This document shows positions 8,957 to 19,988 of a stretch of DNA of 64,000 bases, piece by piece. This DNA is from Clostridia bacterium. GTDB taxonomy: Bacteria; Bacillota; Clostridia; UBA1212; UBA1255. Both the position numbers and the translations under genes were made by a program. The DNA lies in NCBI GenBank assembly GCA_017560765.1, contig JAFZEI010000053.1:48-64047 (forward strand), read 5' to 3'. Position 1 is the first letter of the stretch, and every line of letters begins with the position of its first letter. The notes under the pieces were generated by a model that saw only the letters and a program-made list of their open reading frames with translations, was not told where the DNA came from and ran no database searches.

Positions 8957-11068
8957 TTATGATTTTTTCTTTTTAAAGAAAGAAATATAATCACATTCTT
9001 TATTACTGCACTTTAGATACTTACCGCGTTTACCCTGAGCAATTTCAATATACTCACCACATTTGGGGCATTTGTCATTTGTGGGAATATTCCATGAAGA
9101 AAATTTACAATCAGGATAGTTACTGCACGCTACATATTTTTTTCCTGTTTTAGTTTTTCTATATATGAGTTTTTGACCGCAAGTAGGACAGTCTGCGCCA
9201 ACTTCTTCAATGATTGGCTTTGTATTCTTACATTCAGGATATCCGGGGCACGCTAAAAACTTGCCGAATTTTCCCGTTTTAATTACCATCATTCTTCCGC
9301 ATTTGTCACATGGCACATCACTCTCAGGATCAGATAACTTAACATGCTCAAGTTCCTTTGTTGCCTTGTCAACTTCCTTAGAGAAATCTCCGTAAAATTC
9401 GCTGACAACATCAACCCATTGACGATTGCCTTGCTCAATCTTATCAAGATTTTCTTCCATTTGAGCGGTAAACTCAATATCAACTATATCTGAGAAACTG
9501 CTTTTCATTAAATCATTAACAACTCTGCCCAATTCTGTGGGATACAAGCTTTTTTTCTCTTTGCCTATATATCCGCGAGCAAGAATTACGGAAATCGTCG
9601 GAGCATAAGTACTAGGCCTACCTATACCGTTCTCTTCAAGAGCTTTTACCAACGAAGCCTCTGTATATCTTTGAGGTGGTTGAGTAAAATGCTGTTCCGG
9701 CTTAATATTGTCTACTATTACCCGTTCTTTTGCTTCTAATGCAGGAAGCTTTCCATTGTCACTTTCTGTTTTTTCATCGAAAGATTCCTCATAAAGTTTA
9801 GTAAATCCTGCAAACTTTACTGTGCTGCCTACTGATCGGAAAGTATGTCCGACTACATCAAAATCAACTGTACAAACATCATAAACAGCATCTGCCATTT
9901 GACTGGCAATAAACCTGTCATATATCAATTTATATAACTTATATTGGTCATTTGTAAGCTTATCCTTAATCTCTGCAGGTTTATATTCGATATGAGAAGG
10001 TCTTATTGCTTCGTGTGCATCCTGAGCCGCATTTTTATTTTTATATATTCTTTTGTGATTAGGTAAAAAATCACTACCAAATTCACTTAAAATATGTGCT
10101 TTAGCTGCCGCTGCCGCCTCATCGGAAATACGTGTAGAGTCAGTTCTTATATAAGTCACTAAACCGGTAGGACCGCCTTTTCCTACATTTACACCCTCAT
10201 ACAAACCTTGAACAACTGACATTGTTTTCGATGCAGAAAAGCCAAGCTTTCTTGAGGCTTCCTGTTGAAGTGTACTTGTAATAAACGGAGGAGCAGGAGA
10301 TCTTTTTTTCTCTGTTCTTTTAACAGATGACACTATAAAGTCTTTATTTAATATGTCATTATATATTTTATCTGCTGAATCCTTATCTTTAATTTGATTT
10401 TTTTTACCGTTTTCACCGTAATATTTTGCAACAAAACAATCTGCCTTAGATATTTTCTCTTTGCCCGTATTCTTCCTCAAATCAACTCTTATTGACCAAT
10501 ATTCTTGAGGTATAAAAGCTTCTATTTCATCTTCTCTGTCACAAACCAATCTGGTGGCAACAGATTGCACTCTGCCTGCACTCAAACCTTTTTTAACCTT
10601 TTTCCACAGAACGGGACTTATTGAATAGCCCACAAGACGGTCAAGAACGCGTCTTGCTTGGTAAGCATTTACTAATTCAGCATCAATTGTACGAGGCGAT
10701 TTAAAAGCCTCAGTAACTGCATTTTTTGTAATTTCATTAAATGTTACTCTGCAAATTGATTTCTCATCAATTCCAAGTATTTGTGCAAGATGCCACGAAA
10801 TTGCTTCTCCCTCACGGTCAGGGTCAGTTGCAAGAAAAACTTTTGAAGCCTCTTTAGCTTCTTTTTTTAAAGTTTTAATAATATCTCCCTTACCTCGTAT
10901 ATTCATATATTGAGGAGCAAAATCATTTTCTATATCTATAGCCATCTTACTTACGGGCAAATCTCTTAAATGACCCGCAGAGGCTTCAACTTTATATTTT
11001 TTACCTAAAAATCTACCTATTGTTTTTGCTTTTGCAGGTGACTCAACAATAACAAGATATTCGGACAT
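8957..11068 (-). CDS. topA: DNA topoisomerase I
   Basis: 703 aa. Toprim start LVIVESPAKAKTI, catalytic-Tyr region GLVTYIRTDS, and C-terminal CxxC zinc ribbons. Confidence 0.95.
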   Translation of the reverse strand: MSEYLVIVESPAKAKTIGRFLGKKYKVEASAGHLRDLPVSKMAIDIENDFAPQYMNIRGKGDIIKTLKKEAKEASKVFLATDPDREGEAISWHLAQILGIDEKSICRVTFNEITKNAVTEAFKSPRTIDAELVNAYQARRVLDRLVGYSISPVLWKKVKKGLSAGRVQSVATRLVCDREDEIEAFIPQEYWSIRVDLRKNTGKEKISKADCFVAKYYGENGKKNQIKDKDSADKIYNDILNKDFIVSSVKRTEKKRSPAPPFITSTLQQEASRKLGFSASKTMSVVQGLYEGVNVGKGGPTGLVTYIRTDSTRISDEAAAAAKAHILSEFGSDFLPNHKRIYKNKNAAQDAHEAIRPSHIEYKPAEIKDKLTNDQYKLYKLIYDRFIASQMADAVYDVCTVDFDVVGHTFRSVGSTVKFAGFTKLYEESFDEKTESDNGKLPALEAKERVIVDNIKPEQHFTQPPQRYTEASLVKALEENGIGRPSTYAPTISVILARGYIGKEKKSLYPTELGRVVNDLMKSSFSDIVDIEFTAQMEENLDKIEQGNRQWVDVVSEFYGDFSKEVDKATKELEHVKLSDPESDVPCDKCGRMMVIKTGKFGKFLACPGYPECKNTKPIIEEVGADCPTCGQKLIYRKTKTGKKYVACSNYPDCKFSSWNIPTNDKCPKCGEYIEIAQGKRGKYLKCSNKECDYISFFKKKKS

Positions 11069-11139
11069 AAACCACTCAGCCTTTCAAAAAATTCAATGTT
11101 CTATATAATAAACAGAAATAAAAAAAAAGTAAAGCTAAT

Positions 11140-12246
11140 TTATTTCTTTATTATGTAGGCTCCGTCTAAGCCTTTAGTTACAATACCTTTTATTTCCAAC
11201 ATTGTCAAGGCACTTAAAACATTTCCCATATTTCTGCCTGTTACACAGCTAATATCATTTGCTGCATAGTTCCCTTCTAAAATCGCCTCCGCAACAGCAG
11301 CTTCCGCACCTGTCAGACCAAGAATCCATTTATTTACTTTATTTGGATCGTCACACGATATATTAAATTCTTCTAAAATATCACCGTACGAAGTAGTACA
11401 AATTGCACCTTGCTTTATAAGAAAATTACATCCGAAAGAATTTGCAGAATTAATATTGCCCGGTATTGCAAAAATATTTTTCCCTTCATTTAATGCATAA
11501 TTGACAGTAATCATTGCACCGCTGTTTTCTGTTGCTTCCACTACAAGCACACCTCTTGACATACCCGATATTATTCTGTTTCTTGCCGGAAAATGACTTT
11601 TCAGCGGTGGTGTTTTAGGCGGAAACTCTGATATTACACAACCACACTCTGCTATTTGCTCGAATAATTTAACATGCTCCTTAGGATAAATACATTCTAT
11701 ACCACTGCCCAGAACAGCAACAGTATACCCGTTTGATGCGATAGCACCCTTGTGTGCTTCACCATCAATTCCCCTTGCCATACCGCTAATAATTCCCATA
11801 CCGCATTCTGATAATGACTTAGAAAATTGGTATGCATTTACTCTCCCATAAGCAGAACATCTTCTGGAACCAACAACACCTAATAAATACTCATCTTTAA
11901 TTCCTGCTTCAGCAGGCAAAGAGCCTTTATAATATAATAAATACGGTTTATTTTCTGAATATTTTAAATTCAACGGATAATTATCATTCTCATGTGTTAA
12001 GATTTTTATATTATTGTTTATGCACTCCTCATAAATTTTTATTGACTCAGTTCTGACTTCAGGTTTTATAAAATTCTCATAAAAGAAACAATCCTTACTC
12101 AATAATATTTCATCGTCATTTTCTGCCGCAAACCACGCTTCATCTATACTACCATAAGTTTTATTTAAAACATCTGCCACCTTATTTACCGGTCTTCCCA
12201 ATAAAGTTATCCAAATACGTATAATAATATTTAAATCTGTTATCAT
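11140..12246 (-). CDS. dprA: DNA processing protein DprA/Smf
   Basis: GVVGSRRCSAYG and ...ISGMARGIDGEAH... are DprA Rossmann motifs. The ATGA start/stop overlaps the upstream comM. Confidence 0.9.
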   Translation of the reverse strand: MITDLNIIIRIWITLLGRPVNKVADVLNKTYGSIDEAWFAAENDDEILLSKDCFFYENFIKPEVRTESIKIYEECINNNIKILTHENDNYPLNLKYSENKPYLLYYKGSLPAEAGIKDEYLLGVVGSRRCSAYGRVNAYQFSKSLSECGMGIISGMARGIDGEAHKGAIASNGYTVAVLGSGIECIYPKEHVKLFEQIAECGCVISEFPPKTPPLKSHFPARNRIISGMSRGVLVVEATENSGAMITVNYALNEGKNIFAIPGNINSANSFGCNFLIKQGAICTTSYGDILEEFNISCDDPNKVNKWILGLTGAEAAVAEAILEGNYAANDISCVTGRNMGNVLSALTMLEIKGIVTKGLDGAYIIKK

Positions 12247-13760
12247 ACAGCAACCTCCGGTCTAAAAGAATCAAGAAAACGATATTGCAAAGCTTCTGCA
12301 ATATCCTCTTCATTTATATTTTCTCTGCCATCCAGGTCTGCAATTGTTCTACCTATTTTTATAAATTTCTCATATCCTCGCATGCTTGATTCCGCAAGGT
12401 CGGCAGCACTTTTTAATAACAGTTCACATTCTGTTGTGATGTGACAATACTCTCTGATTTGTTTTCCTGTCATTTTGCCGTTTAGATGAATATCAGTGCC
12501 GGCAAATCGCTTTTTTTGCTTTTCTCTTGCTGCAATAACTCTTTCTCGTATAATACTTGATGTTTCATTTGACTTTTCACTATTAAAACATACTTGTCTT
12601 ACAGGAACATGAATATCAATCCTATCAAGTAAAGGTTTTGATATTTTAGATAAATACTGTTTTGCTTGATACGGAGTACATGAGCATCTGCCGTTTCCTT
12701 CAAGCAATTTACCGCATTTGCATGGATTTGTTGATGCTACTAACATAAAATCAGACGGAAATTCAACAAAATCACCGCATCTTGAAATCAAAACTTTTCC
12801 GGCTTCCATCGGTTGTCGCAAACTTTGAATTACATTTCTGTCAAATTCAGCCAGTTCATCTAAAAACAAAATACCTTTATGTGCAAGACTTATTTCTCCC
12901 GGAACGGGTTTGTTACCGCCTCCTATCAATCCGGCTTTTGTCACATCAGGATATACAGTCCTAAACGGTAAATTCCTTATAAGCATTCCTTCTTTACCAA
13001 GCATTCCCAAAACACTGTAAATCGGTGTAATTTCCATTGATTCTTCAATTGAGAGTTTTGGCATGATACTCGGAATTCTACTGGCAATCATTGTTTTTCC
13101 GCACCCCGGAGCACCTATAAAAAGAATATTATGCCCCCCTGCTGCTGCTATTTCAGCAGCTCGAATTGCCTCTTTTTGACCTTTAACATCTATAAAATCT
13201 CCAAATGAAACATTATTATGCAGATTATTTTCGCAAATCCTCCATGGATTGCGTGAATTCTCTGTAATGTATAAAACTTCATTTAATGTAGCTGCAGGGA
13301 AAATTTTGCAATTATTTACAAGAGCAGCTTCGTCTGCATTTTCTAATGGTACAATACACTTATATATCCCACTTTGAGCAGCTGATTGTATCATTGGCAT
13401 AATTCCTTTAACAGGTCTTAAAACACCATCTAACGATAGTTCTCCGATAAAAGCATATTTTTCTATTTTACTTTTGATATAACCTGCACATTTTAAAATA
13501 CCCACAGCAATTGCTAAATCAAAGTGAGCACCCTCTTTTCGTATAGACGCCGGTGCAAGATTTACTGTTATTCTGCCTAAAGGGAATTTATATCCTATAT
13601 TTTCTATTGCCGGTTTAATCCTGTCGGCGGCTTCTTTTACCGCAATATTTCCCATACCTATAATATCAAAATACGGCAAACCCTTTGCAAGATTAATTTC
13701 AGCATCTACAAAGAAACCCTTAATACCGGACAAGCCGAACGTATTAACATGGACTATCAA
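12243..13760 (-). CDS. comM: YifB/ComM family Mg-chelatase-like AAA+ ATPase
   Basis: Walker A GAPGCGKT, ILFLDELAEF, and a Lon-like N-terminal domain. TTG start at 13760 with GGAGGAG 5 nt upstream. Confidence 0.9.
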   Translation of the reverse strand: MIVHVNTFGLSGIKGFFVDAEINLAKGLPYFDIIGMGNIAVKEAADRIKPAIENIGYKFPLGRITVNLAPASIRKEGAHFDLAIAVGILKCAGYIKSKIEKYAFIGELSLDGVLRPVKGIMPMIQSAAQSGIYKCIVPLENADEAALVNNCKIFPAATLNEVLYITENSRNPWRICENNLHNNVSFGDFIDVKGQKEAIRAAEIAAAGGHNILFIGAPGCGKTMIASRIPSIMPKLSIEESMEITPIYSVLGMLGKEGMLIRNLPFRTVYPDVTKAGLIGGGNKPVPGEISLAHKGILFLDELAEFDRNVIQSLRQPMEAGKVLISRCGDFVEFPSDFMLVASTNPCKCGKLLEGNGRCSCTPYQAKQYLSKISKPLLDRIDIHVPVRQVCFNSEKSNETSSIIRERVIAAREKQKKRFAGTDIHLNGKMTGKQIREYCHITTECELLLKSAADLAESSMRGYEKFIKIGRTIADLDGRENINEEDIAEALQYRFLDSFRPEVAV

Positions 13761-13856
13761 AAAATCTCCTCCTGACTTATAATTTCATTTCTGATGACCA
13801 TATTAACAAATTCGGCTTGTTTTTTTAATGTTTAAATTATTTCCCGGGAAATAATA

Positions 13857-14318
13857 TCAGTGCTTATTCTCACTGATGATTTTTGAAAGCTCTGACATAA
13901 ACGTATCTACATCCTTAAATTGCTTGTAAACAGATGCAAAACGAACATACGCAACCTCATCAAGTTCTTTAAGATGTTTCATTATCATTTCTCCTATCTC
14001 AGAAGAATGAACCTCTCTTTTTACAGTATTCATCAGTTGCTGTTCTACATCCAAAGCTAAATTCTCAGCCTGCTGTAACGAAACAGGACGTTTACCGCAT
14101 GCTTTCATAACACAGTTAACAACTTTATTTCTATCATAAACTTGTCTTGTGCCGTCTTTCTTAACAACCATAAGAGGAGTATCTTCTATTTTCTCATAAG
14201 TTGTAAAACGAGAATTACACTTAATGCACTCTCTTCTTCTTCTGATTGCACTACCCTCTTCTGTAGGACGTGAATCAATAACTTTATCTTCCATGTGACC
14301 GCAATAAGGACATTTCAT
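13857..14318 (-). CDS. nrdR: Transcriptional repressor NrdR
   Basis: MKCPYCGH...[12 protein letters not shown] zinc ribbon plus an ATP-cone. The start was set at the ATG at 14318, with AGGGAG 12 nt upstream. The track start at 14330 is a TTG that abuts the RBS. Confidence 0.92.
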   Translation of the reverse strand: MKCPYCGHMEDKVIDSRPTEEGSAIRRRRECIKCNSRFTTYEKIEDTPLMVVKKDGTRQVYDRNKVVNCVMKACGKRPVSLQQAENLALDVEQQLMNTVKREVHSSEIGEMIMKHLKELDEVAYVRFASVYKQFKDVDTFMSELSKIISENKH

Positions 14319-14342
14319 AATGTAACACAACTCCCTAATAAA

Positions 14343-16109
14343 TTATGAAAACGACACCAGCAAACCATATCCGCCGGCCTCTTTTACTATAATATAACTT
14401 TTTTCTTTGATTTTTTCAATATTCCGTGACAAATTTTTAATGCAAGTATCCAAAAACTCGCGCCCTCTTCCGAAGCGATCGCAGATTGTCAGATAGAACG
14501 CATCACCGCCCGATATATCTTCGGAATATCTGAGCATAGCAAAAACATTTCCGTCAGAATCACCAAAATATTCTGCGTCACCCGTAACAAGAGTTGTTAG
14601 CGATTTTCGCATGGCAGCAAGCTCAGTAAACCACATAACCATATCAATATCTTCCTTGCCCCAAGGGTATGTCCTTCTGTTGTCCGGGTCTTTACCTCCC
14701 TCAAGACATGTTTCATCGCCGTAATAAACAAGAGGAACACCAACAGAAGTAAATTGAATCAGAGAATAGCATTTAATCAAATCTCTTGCCAATCTTCTGT
14801 CATTCTTCGTGATATCAAGCATTAATGACATTAATCTTTCCACATCGTGAGAACCGGTCATATTAACCTGCGCGTAAAAATTGTGCTTCGGATACGTTTC
14901 CTTGATATTTTCAAAAACCTCAGCCGTATCATAACCGCTTGCTTTGCCTTTAAAAAAGTCAACTAACGAATCGCGAAAAACATAATTAGTATGTGTATGC
15001 AACTCCGGTTTAGTAAAATACATTTTTCGTTGTCCGTAGCTCATTTTGTTTGAAGCATTTTCCCAAACTTCCCCTATGATTACAGGCTCATCAATTTCTT
15101 TTTCGGCTGCACTTCTTATTTTTTGCAACAGCACGTCCGAAAGTTCATCCGCAACATCAAGACGCCAACCGTCAATGCCTTTTCTGCTCCAATATCTTAC
15201 TACGGAATCCTCACTGTCAGCCACAAATTCAGCAAAACTTTGGCAACTTTTATTAATTGACGGCAAATCATCAACGCCCCACCAGCAATCATATGTACCA
15301 TCCTCTTTAAAGCAATACCAATCTTTATAAGGCGAATTTTCATTTTTACAATCAGAAAAATATTTACTGCACTTACCGGTATGATTAAACACTCCGTCAA
15401 GTATTACGTGCATGTTTTCCGTTTTCATTTCATAAACAAGTTCGCAAAAAGCCTCGTCGCCACCTAATAAACTATCAACCATATGATAATCAGCAGTATC
15501 ATATCTATGATTGCTACGTGCTTCAAAAATCGGATTTATATAGACAGTATCTGCGCCAAGATTCTTTATATATTCTAATTTTTCTTTAATTCCTTTTAAA
15601 TTCCCTCCAAAGAACTCCCATCTGGCAATTCTCTGTTTGTTGTCTTTTATATACATCGGAATATCATTCCAATCAGAATATAAAAATGAGTTTGGTTTAG
15701 GAACGGCTCTTTTATCTGCCGCTTTATAAAATCTGTCAGGAAACACCTGATAAATAATACTATTTAAAAACCAATCGGGAACAGTGAGCTGTTTTTCGTA
15801 TACAGTAATTTGAAAATCATTCGTTCTTTCTCCATTTTTCGCTGAAAACCAATAAAAATATACGCCGGCATCATGAAAAACCGTAGAATCCAAGTTAAAT
15901 TCTACAGTAAAAATGCCGTCACGCAAGATTGTCTTATCAGGCTCAAAAGAAAAAGTTTTGCAACAGTCAAAAGCCTCATATCTAAAATAAAGAACCGGCA
16001 CACAGTTATAATCTGTATAATCGCACCGAAGCAGTACCGCTGTATCACACGGTACTGCTCCATATGGATTTCTATAATAAGCATTTCTTGAATAATGAGT
16101 TAATGACAT
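14343..16109 (-). CDS. Cytoplasmic GH13 alpha-amylase-family enzyme (neopullulanase/maltogenic-amylase-like)
   Basis: GH13 conserved regions are present: DGVFNHT, GWRLDVADE, IGEVWE, GSHDVER. There is no signal peptide. It is the last sugar gene of the glg run. Confidence 0.85.
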   Translation of the reverse strand: MSLTHYSRNAYYRNPYGAVPCDTAVLLRCDYTDYNCVPVLYFRYEAFDCCKTFSFEPDKTILRDGIFTVEFNLDSTVFHDAGVYFYWFSAKNGERTNDFQITVYEKQLTVPDWFLNSIIYQVFPDRFYKAADKRAVPKPNSFLYSDWNDIPMYIKDNKQRIARWEFFGGNLKGIKEKLEYIKNLGADTVYINPIFEARSNHRYDTADYHMVDSLLGGDEAFCELVYEMKTENMHVILDGVFNHTGKCSKYFSDCKNENSPYKDWYCFKEDGTYDCWWGVDDLPSINKSCQSFAEFVADSEDSVVRYWSRKGIDGWRLDVADELSDVLLQKIRSAAEKEIDEPVIIGEVWENASNKMSYGQRKMYFTKPELHTHTNYVFRDSLVDFFKGKASGYDTAEVFENIKETYPKHNFYAQVNMTGSHDVERLMSLMLDITKNDRRLARDLIKCYSLIQFTSVGVPLVYYGDETCLEGGKDPDNRRTYPWGKEDIDMVMWFTELAAMRKSLTTLVTGDAEYFGDSDGNVFAMLRYSEDISGGDAFYLTICDRFGRGREFLDTCIKNLSRNIEKIKEKSYIIVKEAGGYGLLVSFS

Positions 16110-16112
16110 AAA

Positions 16113-18530
16113 TTATACATTCCAAATTTCTTCTGCATATCTCTGAATGGTATTGTCACTTGAGAAAATACCTGAAGCAGCAATATTAATTGCAGACATT
16201 TTATTCCATTTGTCTTTATCAGTATAAAGAACGCCAACCTTTTCCTGAGCCTTTACGTAGGAATCAAAATCTCTAAGTGTAAAGTATGGATCATTGTCAA
16301 CTGTAAGATGATTGATAACAAGCTCAAATTCTCTGTCTGACGCAAGTCCGAAATAGCCTTGCTTCATCTGATTTATAATCCTTTGAAGTCTGGGATCACC
16401 ATTAATAACATCCATTGCTCTGTAATTTCTGTTGTTTTGGTATGCTATTACTTCATCTGATTTAAGACCGAAGAGTACAATATTATCGTCTCCCACAGCT
16501 CTGTGAATTTCTACATTAGCACCATCAAGTGTTGCCAAAGTAACTGCACCATTCATCATAAGTTTCATGTTTCCTGTACCGGAAGCTTCCTTTGATGCAG
16601 TTGAAATCTGCTCACTTACATTGCCTGCAGGAATCATTATCTGTGCCAAACTAACACCGTAATTAGGCATAAATACTACCTTAAGCTTATTCTTCATCTT
16701 TGGATCACTGTTAATCTTATCAGCAACTGTACAGATAAGCTTAATTGTATTTTTGGCAAGATGATATCCCGGGAAAGCCTTAGCGCCGAAAATAAAAGTT
16801 CTTGGTGTTACGGGCATATTGGGATTATCGCAAAGTCGATTATACAGATCCATAACATGAAGTATATTAAGAAGCTGACGCTTATACATATGAAGTCTTT
16901 TTACCTGTATATCGAATATAGATGATGTGTCAGTAACGATATTATATTTATCTTTAATGAAATCCGCCAATTGTTGTTTTTTAACTTGTTTTACCGCAGC
17001 ACACTTTTCAAGGAATGCTTTATCCTGAGTATACGGCATAAGGTCATTAAGCTTTAAAGGCTCAGTACGCCAAGCTGTGCCGATTGTATCATCAATAAGA
17101 TTTGAAAGCTCAGGGTTAGCTTGCATAAGCCATCTTCTGTGAGTAATACCATTTGTTTTATTATTAAATTTTCCGGGGTAAAACTCATGGAAATCTTTAA
17201 GTTCCTGGTGCTTGAGAATCTCTGTATGAAGCTCTGCAACACCGTTAACACTGTGACTTCCTACTATTGCAAGATGTGCCATCTTAACAACACCGTCTTG
17301 AATCACAGACATTCTGTTAATTCTGCTCCAATCTCCGTTATACTTGTTATAAAGGTCACCTGTAAATCTGCGGTTAATTTCTTCAACAATCGTATAAACT
17401 CTCGGAAGCAATTTCTTAAACATGTCAATGTTCCATTTTTCAAGAGCCTCAGCCAAAATTGTATGGTTTGTATATCCAAGTGTCTTTACAGTAACATTCC
17501 ATGCATCATCCCAAGTGAATCCCTCTTCGTCAATTAAGAGACGCATAAGTTCCGGCACAGCCAAAGCAGGATGAGTATCATTAATTTGAATTGCAACATA
17601 ATTGTAAAGCTCATAAAGAGAAATACCATTCTTTTTAATCTTTCTCAAAATGCTTTGAATACCAGCACTTGTGAAGAAATATTCCTGTTTTAATCTAAGG
17701 AGCTTACCTCTTGGTGTAGAATCATCAGGATACAAAACGTTCGTTATAGCATCCACGTTTGTCTTACTTTCAATCGCTCTTTCGTGGTCACCCTTACTGA
17801 ACATAGCAAAGTCAAAGCCGGGACCTTCTGTTTCTGCACTCCACAAGCGAAGTGTATTAACAGTACCATTGCAGTATCCGGGAACAGGCATGTCATAAGG
17901 TACAGCAAGAATCGGCTCATAATCTCTGTGTGTAATATACATTTTACCGTCAAGCCCCCAATGAGACTCTACAGTACCGCCAAATTTAATCATACAAGCA
18001 TCATCATCACGTCTTGTTTCCCAAACATTAGCAATTTTAAGCCAGTTATCAGGACTTTCAATTTGGTAACCATTATTAATCTGTTGTTGGAAAAGTCCAT
18101 AACGGTAGCGTATACCAACACCTGTTCCTGCGATTCCCAATGAAGCCATTGAGTCAATAAAACAAGCAGCAAGTCTACCAAGACCGCCATTTCCCAAACC
18201 GGCATCAGGCTCAACCTCTTCAAGAGATTTAAGTTCAACACCGAAGTCTTTTAATCCTGCCTCTACAACATCTCTGATTCCCAAATTAACAAGAGATGCA
18301 TCCATCAATCTGCCAATCAAATATTCAAGAGAAAAATAGTAAACTTGTTTTGTTTTTTCTCTTTCATACTTAACCTCAGTATCATGCCAATCATTTGCCA
18401 TATAATCTTTAATCAAAGAACCTAATGCCATATACTTAAGAGTATCATTTGCATCTTCAACAGATTCTCTGTAAAGAGAAATTAATTTCCTTTTATAATC
18501 ATTCTTAAAAGTTTCCTTATCCAAATACAT
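16113..18530 (-). CDS. glgP: Glycogen/maltodextrin phosphorylase
   Basis: 805 aa. The PLP-site region EASGTGNMKLMMNGA is diagnostic of GT35 phosphorylases. Confidence 0.93.
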   Translation of the reverse strand: MYLDKETFKNDYKRKLISLYRESVEDANDTLKYMALGSLIKDYMANDWHDTEVKYEREKTKQVYYFSLEYLIGRLMDASLVNLGIRDVVEAGLKDFGVELKSLEEVEPDAGLGNGGLGRLAACFIDSMASLGIAGTGVGIRYRYGLFQQQINNGYQIESPDNWLKIANVWETRRDDDACMIKFGGTVESHWGLDGKMYITHRDYEPILAVPYDMPVPGYCNGTVNTLRLWSAETEGPGFDFAMFSKGDHERAIESKTNVDAITNVLYPDDSTPRGKLLRLKQEYFFTSAGIQSILRKIKKNGISLYELYNYVAIQINDTHPALAVPELMRLLIDEEGFTWDDAWNVTVKTLGYTNHTILAEALEKWNIDMFKKLLPRVYTIVEEINRRFTGDLYNKYNGDWSRINRMSVIQDGVVKMAHLAIVGSHSVNGVAELHTEILKHQELKDFHEFYPGKFNNKTNGITHRRWLMQANPELSNLIDDTIGTAWRTEPLKLNDLMPYTQDKAFLEKCAAVKQVKKQQLADFIKDKYNIVTDTSSIFDIQVKRLHMYKRQLLNILHVMDLYNRLCDNPNMPVTPRTFIFGAKAFPGYHLAKNTIKLICTVADKINSDPKMKNKLKVVFMPNYGVSLAQIMIPAGNVSEQISTASKEASGTGNMKLMMNGAVTLATLDGANVEIHRAVGDDNIVLFGLKSDEVIAYQNNRNYRAMDVINGDPRLQRIINQMKQGYFGLASDREFELVINHLTVDNDPYFTLRDFDSYVKAQEKVGVLYTDKDKWNKMSAINIAASGIFSSDNTIQRYAEEIWNV

Positions 18531-18538
18531 AAATAGTA

Positions 18539-19972
18539 TTACTCCTCCACAATTTCATTGTAAATTTTTAAGTATTCATCAGCTTGTGTTTTCCACTCAA
18601 ATTTAGTTCTCATGGCGTTCTTAACGAGTTTTGTCCATGTTTTCTTGTCTTGATAGCAAGAAACGGCGTATTCTATTACATTTAACATATCATGTGCATT
18701 GTAATTAGTAAATGAAAAACCATTGCCATCTCCCGTAAACTCGTTATACGGAATAACAGTGTCGCTCAATCCGCCTGTCTCACGTACCAGCGGCAGTGTT
18801 CCGTATGCCATAGCAATCATTTGACTTAATCCGCAAGGCTCAAACAATGACGGCATGAGAAGTATATCAGAACCTGCATAAACCTTAGATGCAATTGCAT
18901 TATTAAACTGTATAAATGATGCAATCTTTGCAGGATAAGATGATGCATAATATTCAAAGAAGTCCTGATAATCATTATCACCTGTTCCCAGAACAATAAG
19001 CTGAACATTCATTTTAAGAATATCTTCAATTACTCTTGTTACAAGGTCTAATCCTTTTTGTTTTACAAGACGTGTAACCATTGCAATAACAGGTACATCA
19101 GAATTAACAGGAAGTCCTGCAAGCTGCTGAAGCATTTCCTTGTTTACTGCTTTATTTTTTAAAGTAGTAAGACCGTAATTAACAATGTATTTGTCCTTTT
19201 TAGGGTCATTTGAACTATAGTCAATTCCGTTTGTTATTCCAACAAGTTTTGCAGATTTTTGACGTAAAAGACCGTCAAGTCCCTCACCATAGTATGCCGT
19301 CTGAATCTCTTTTGCATACGTCTTACTTACCGTTGTAATTTTATCGGCATAGACAATACCGGCTTTCATAAATGAAATACCATCGTAGAATTTAATTTTA
19401 TCCTCGCTGAAATATTCCTCACCTATACCGAGCAATTCCTGAATAACAGAATGTGAAAATACACCTTGATATTTAAGATTATGAATCGTAAATACAGACT
19501 TCGCTTTACTGAATTCAGGTCTGTCTTTGTATATCTCCGATAAATACAGCGGCACCATACCTGTTTGCCAATCATTACAGTGAACAACATCAGGATAAAA
19601 ATCATCCATGTATTTAACAGATTCCATAACTGCACGGCAGAAATACGAAAATCTTTCGCCGTCATCAAAATAGCCGTAACAACCATGGCGTTTAAAATAG
19701 TACTCATTATCAACAAAATAAACAGGTATTCCGTCGTAAGTAAGATACTTCAAACCGCAATATTGATTACGCCAACCAACACTTACACCATATGTGGCAA
19801 GCTGAGTCATTTTAGAAGTAAAATCTTCCGAAATATCTTCATATTTCGGCATAATTATACGTACATCTTCACCCTTTTCATGAAGTGCTTTGGGCAAAGC
19901 AAAAGAAACGTCGGCAAGACCGCCTGTTTTAATAAAAGGGTTTGCCTCAGATGTCACAAATAAAATCTTCAT
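18539..19972 (-). CDS. glgA: Glycogen synthase (ADP-glucose type)
   Basis: MKILFVTSEANPFIKTGGLADV contains the KTGGL motif. 477 aa, GT5. Confidence 0.93.
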   Translation of the reverse strand: MKILFVTSEANPFIKTGGLADVSFALPKALHEKGEDVRIIMPKYEDISEDFTSKMTQLATYGVSVGWRNQYCGLKYLTYDGIPVYFVDNEYYFKRHGCYGYFDDGERFSYFCRAVMESVKYMDDFYPDVVHCNDWQTGMVPLYLSEIYKDRPEFSKAKSVFTIHNLKYQGVFSHSVIQELLGIGEEYFSEDKIKFYDGISFMKAGIVYADKITTVSKTYAKEIQTAYYGEGLDGLLRQKSAKLVGITNGIDYSSNDPKKDKYIVNYGLTTLKNKAVNKEMLQQLAGLPVNSDVPVIAMVTRLVKQKGLDLVTRVIEDILKMNVQLIVLGTGDNDYQDFFEYYASSYPAKIASFIQFNNAIASKVYAGSDILLMPSLFEPCGLSQMIAMAYGTLPLVRETGGLSDTVIPYNEFTGDGNGFSFTNYNAHDMLNVIEYAVSCYQDKKTWTKLVKNAMRTKFEWKTQADEYLKIYNEIVEE

Positions 19973-19988
19973 ACTTAAATCCTCTCTT

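Noticed and set aside
17121-17537. 138-aa + strand ORF, and several 60-120-aa ORFs on both strands, within glgP (17054-18241).
   Set aside because: glgP is continuous with a conserved PLP site. The others are off-frame or antisense shadows.
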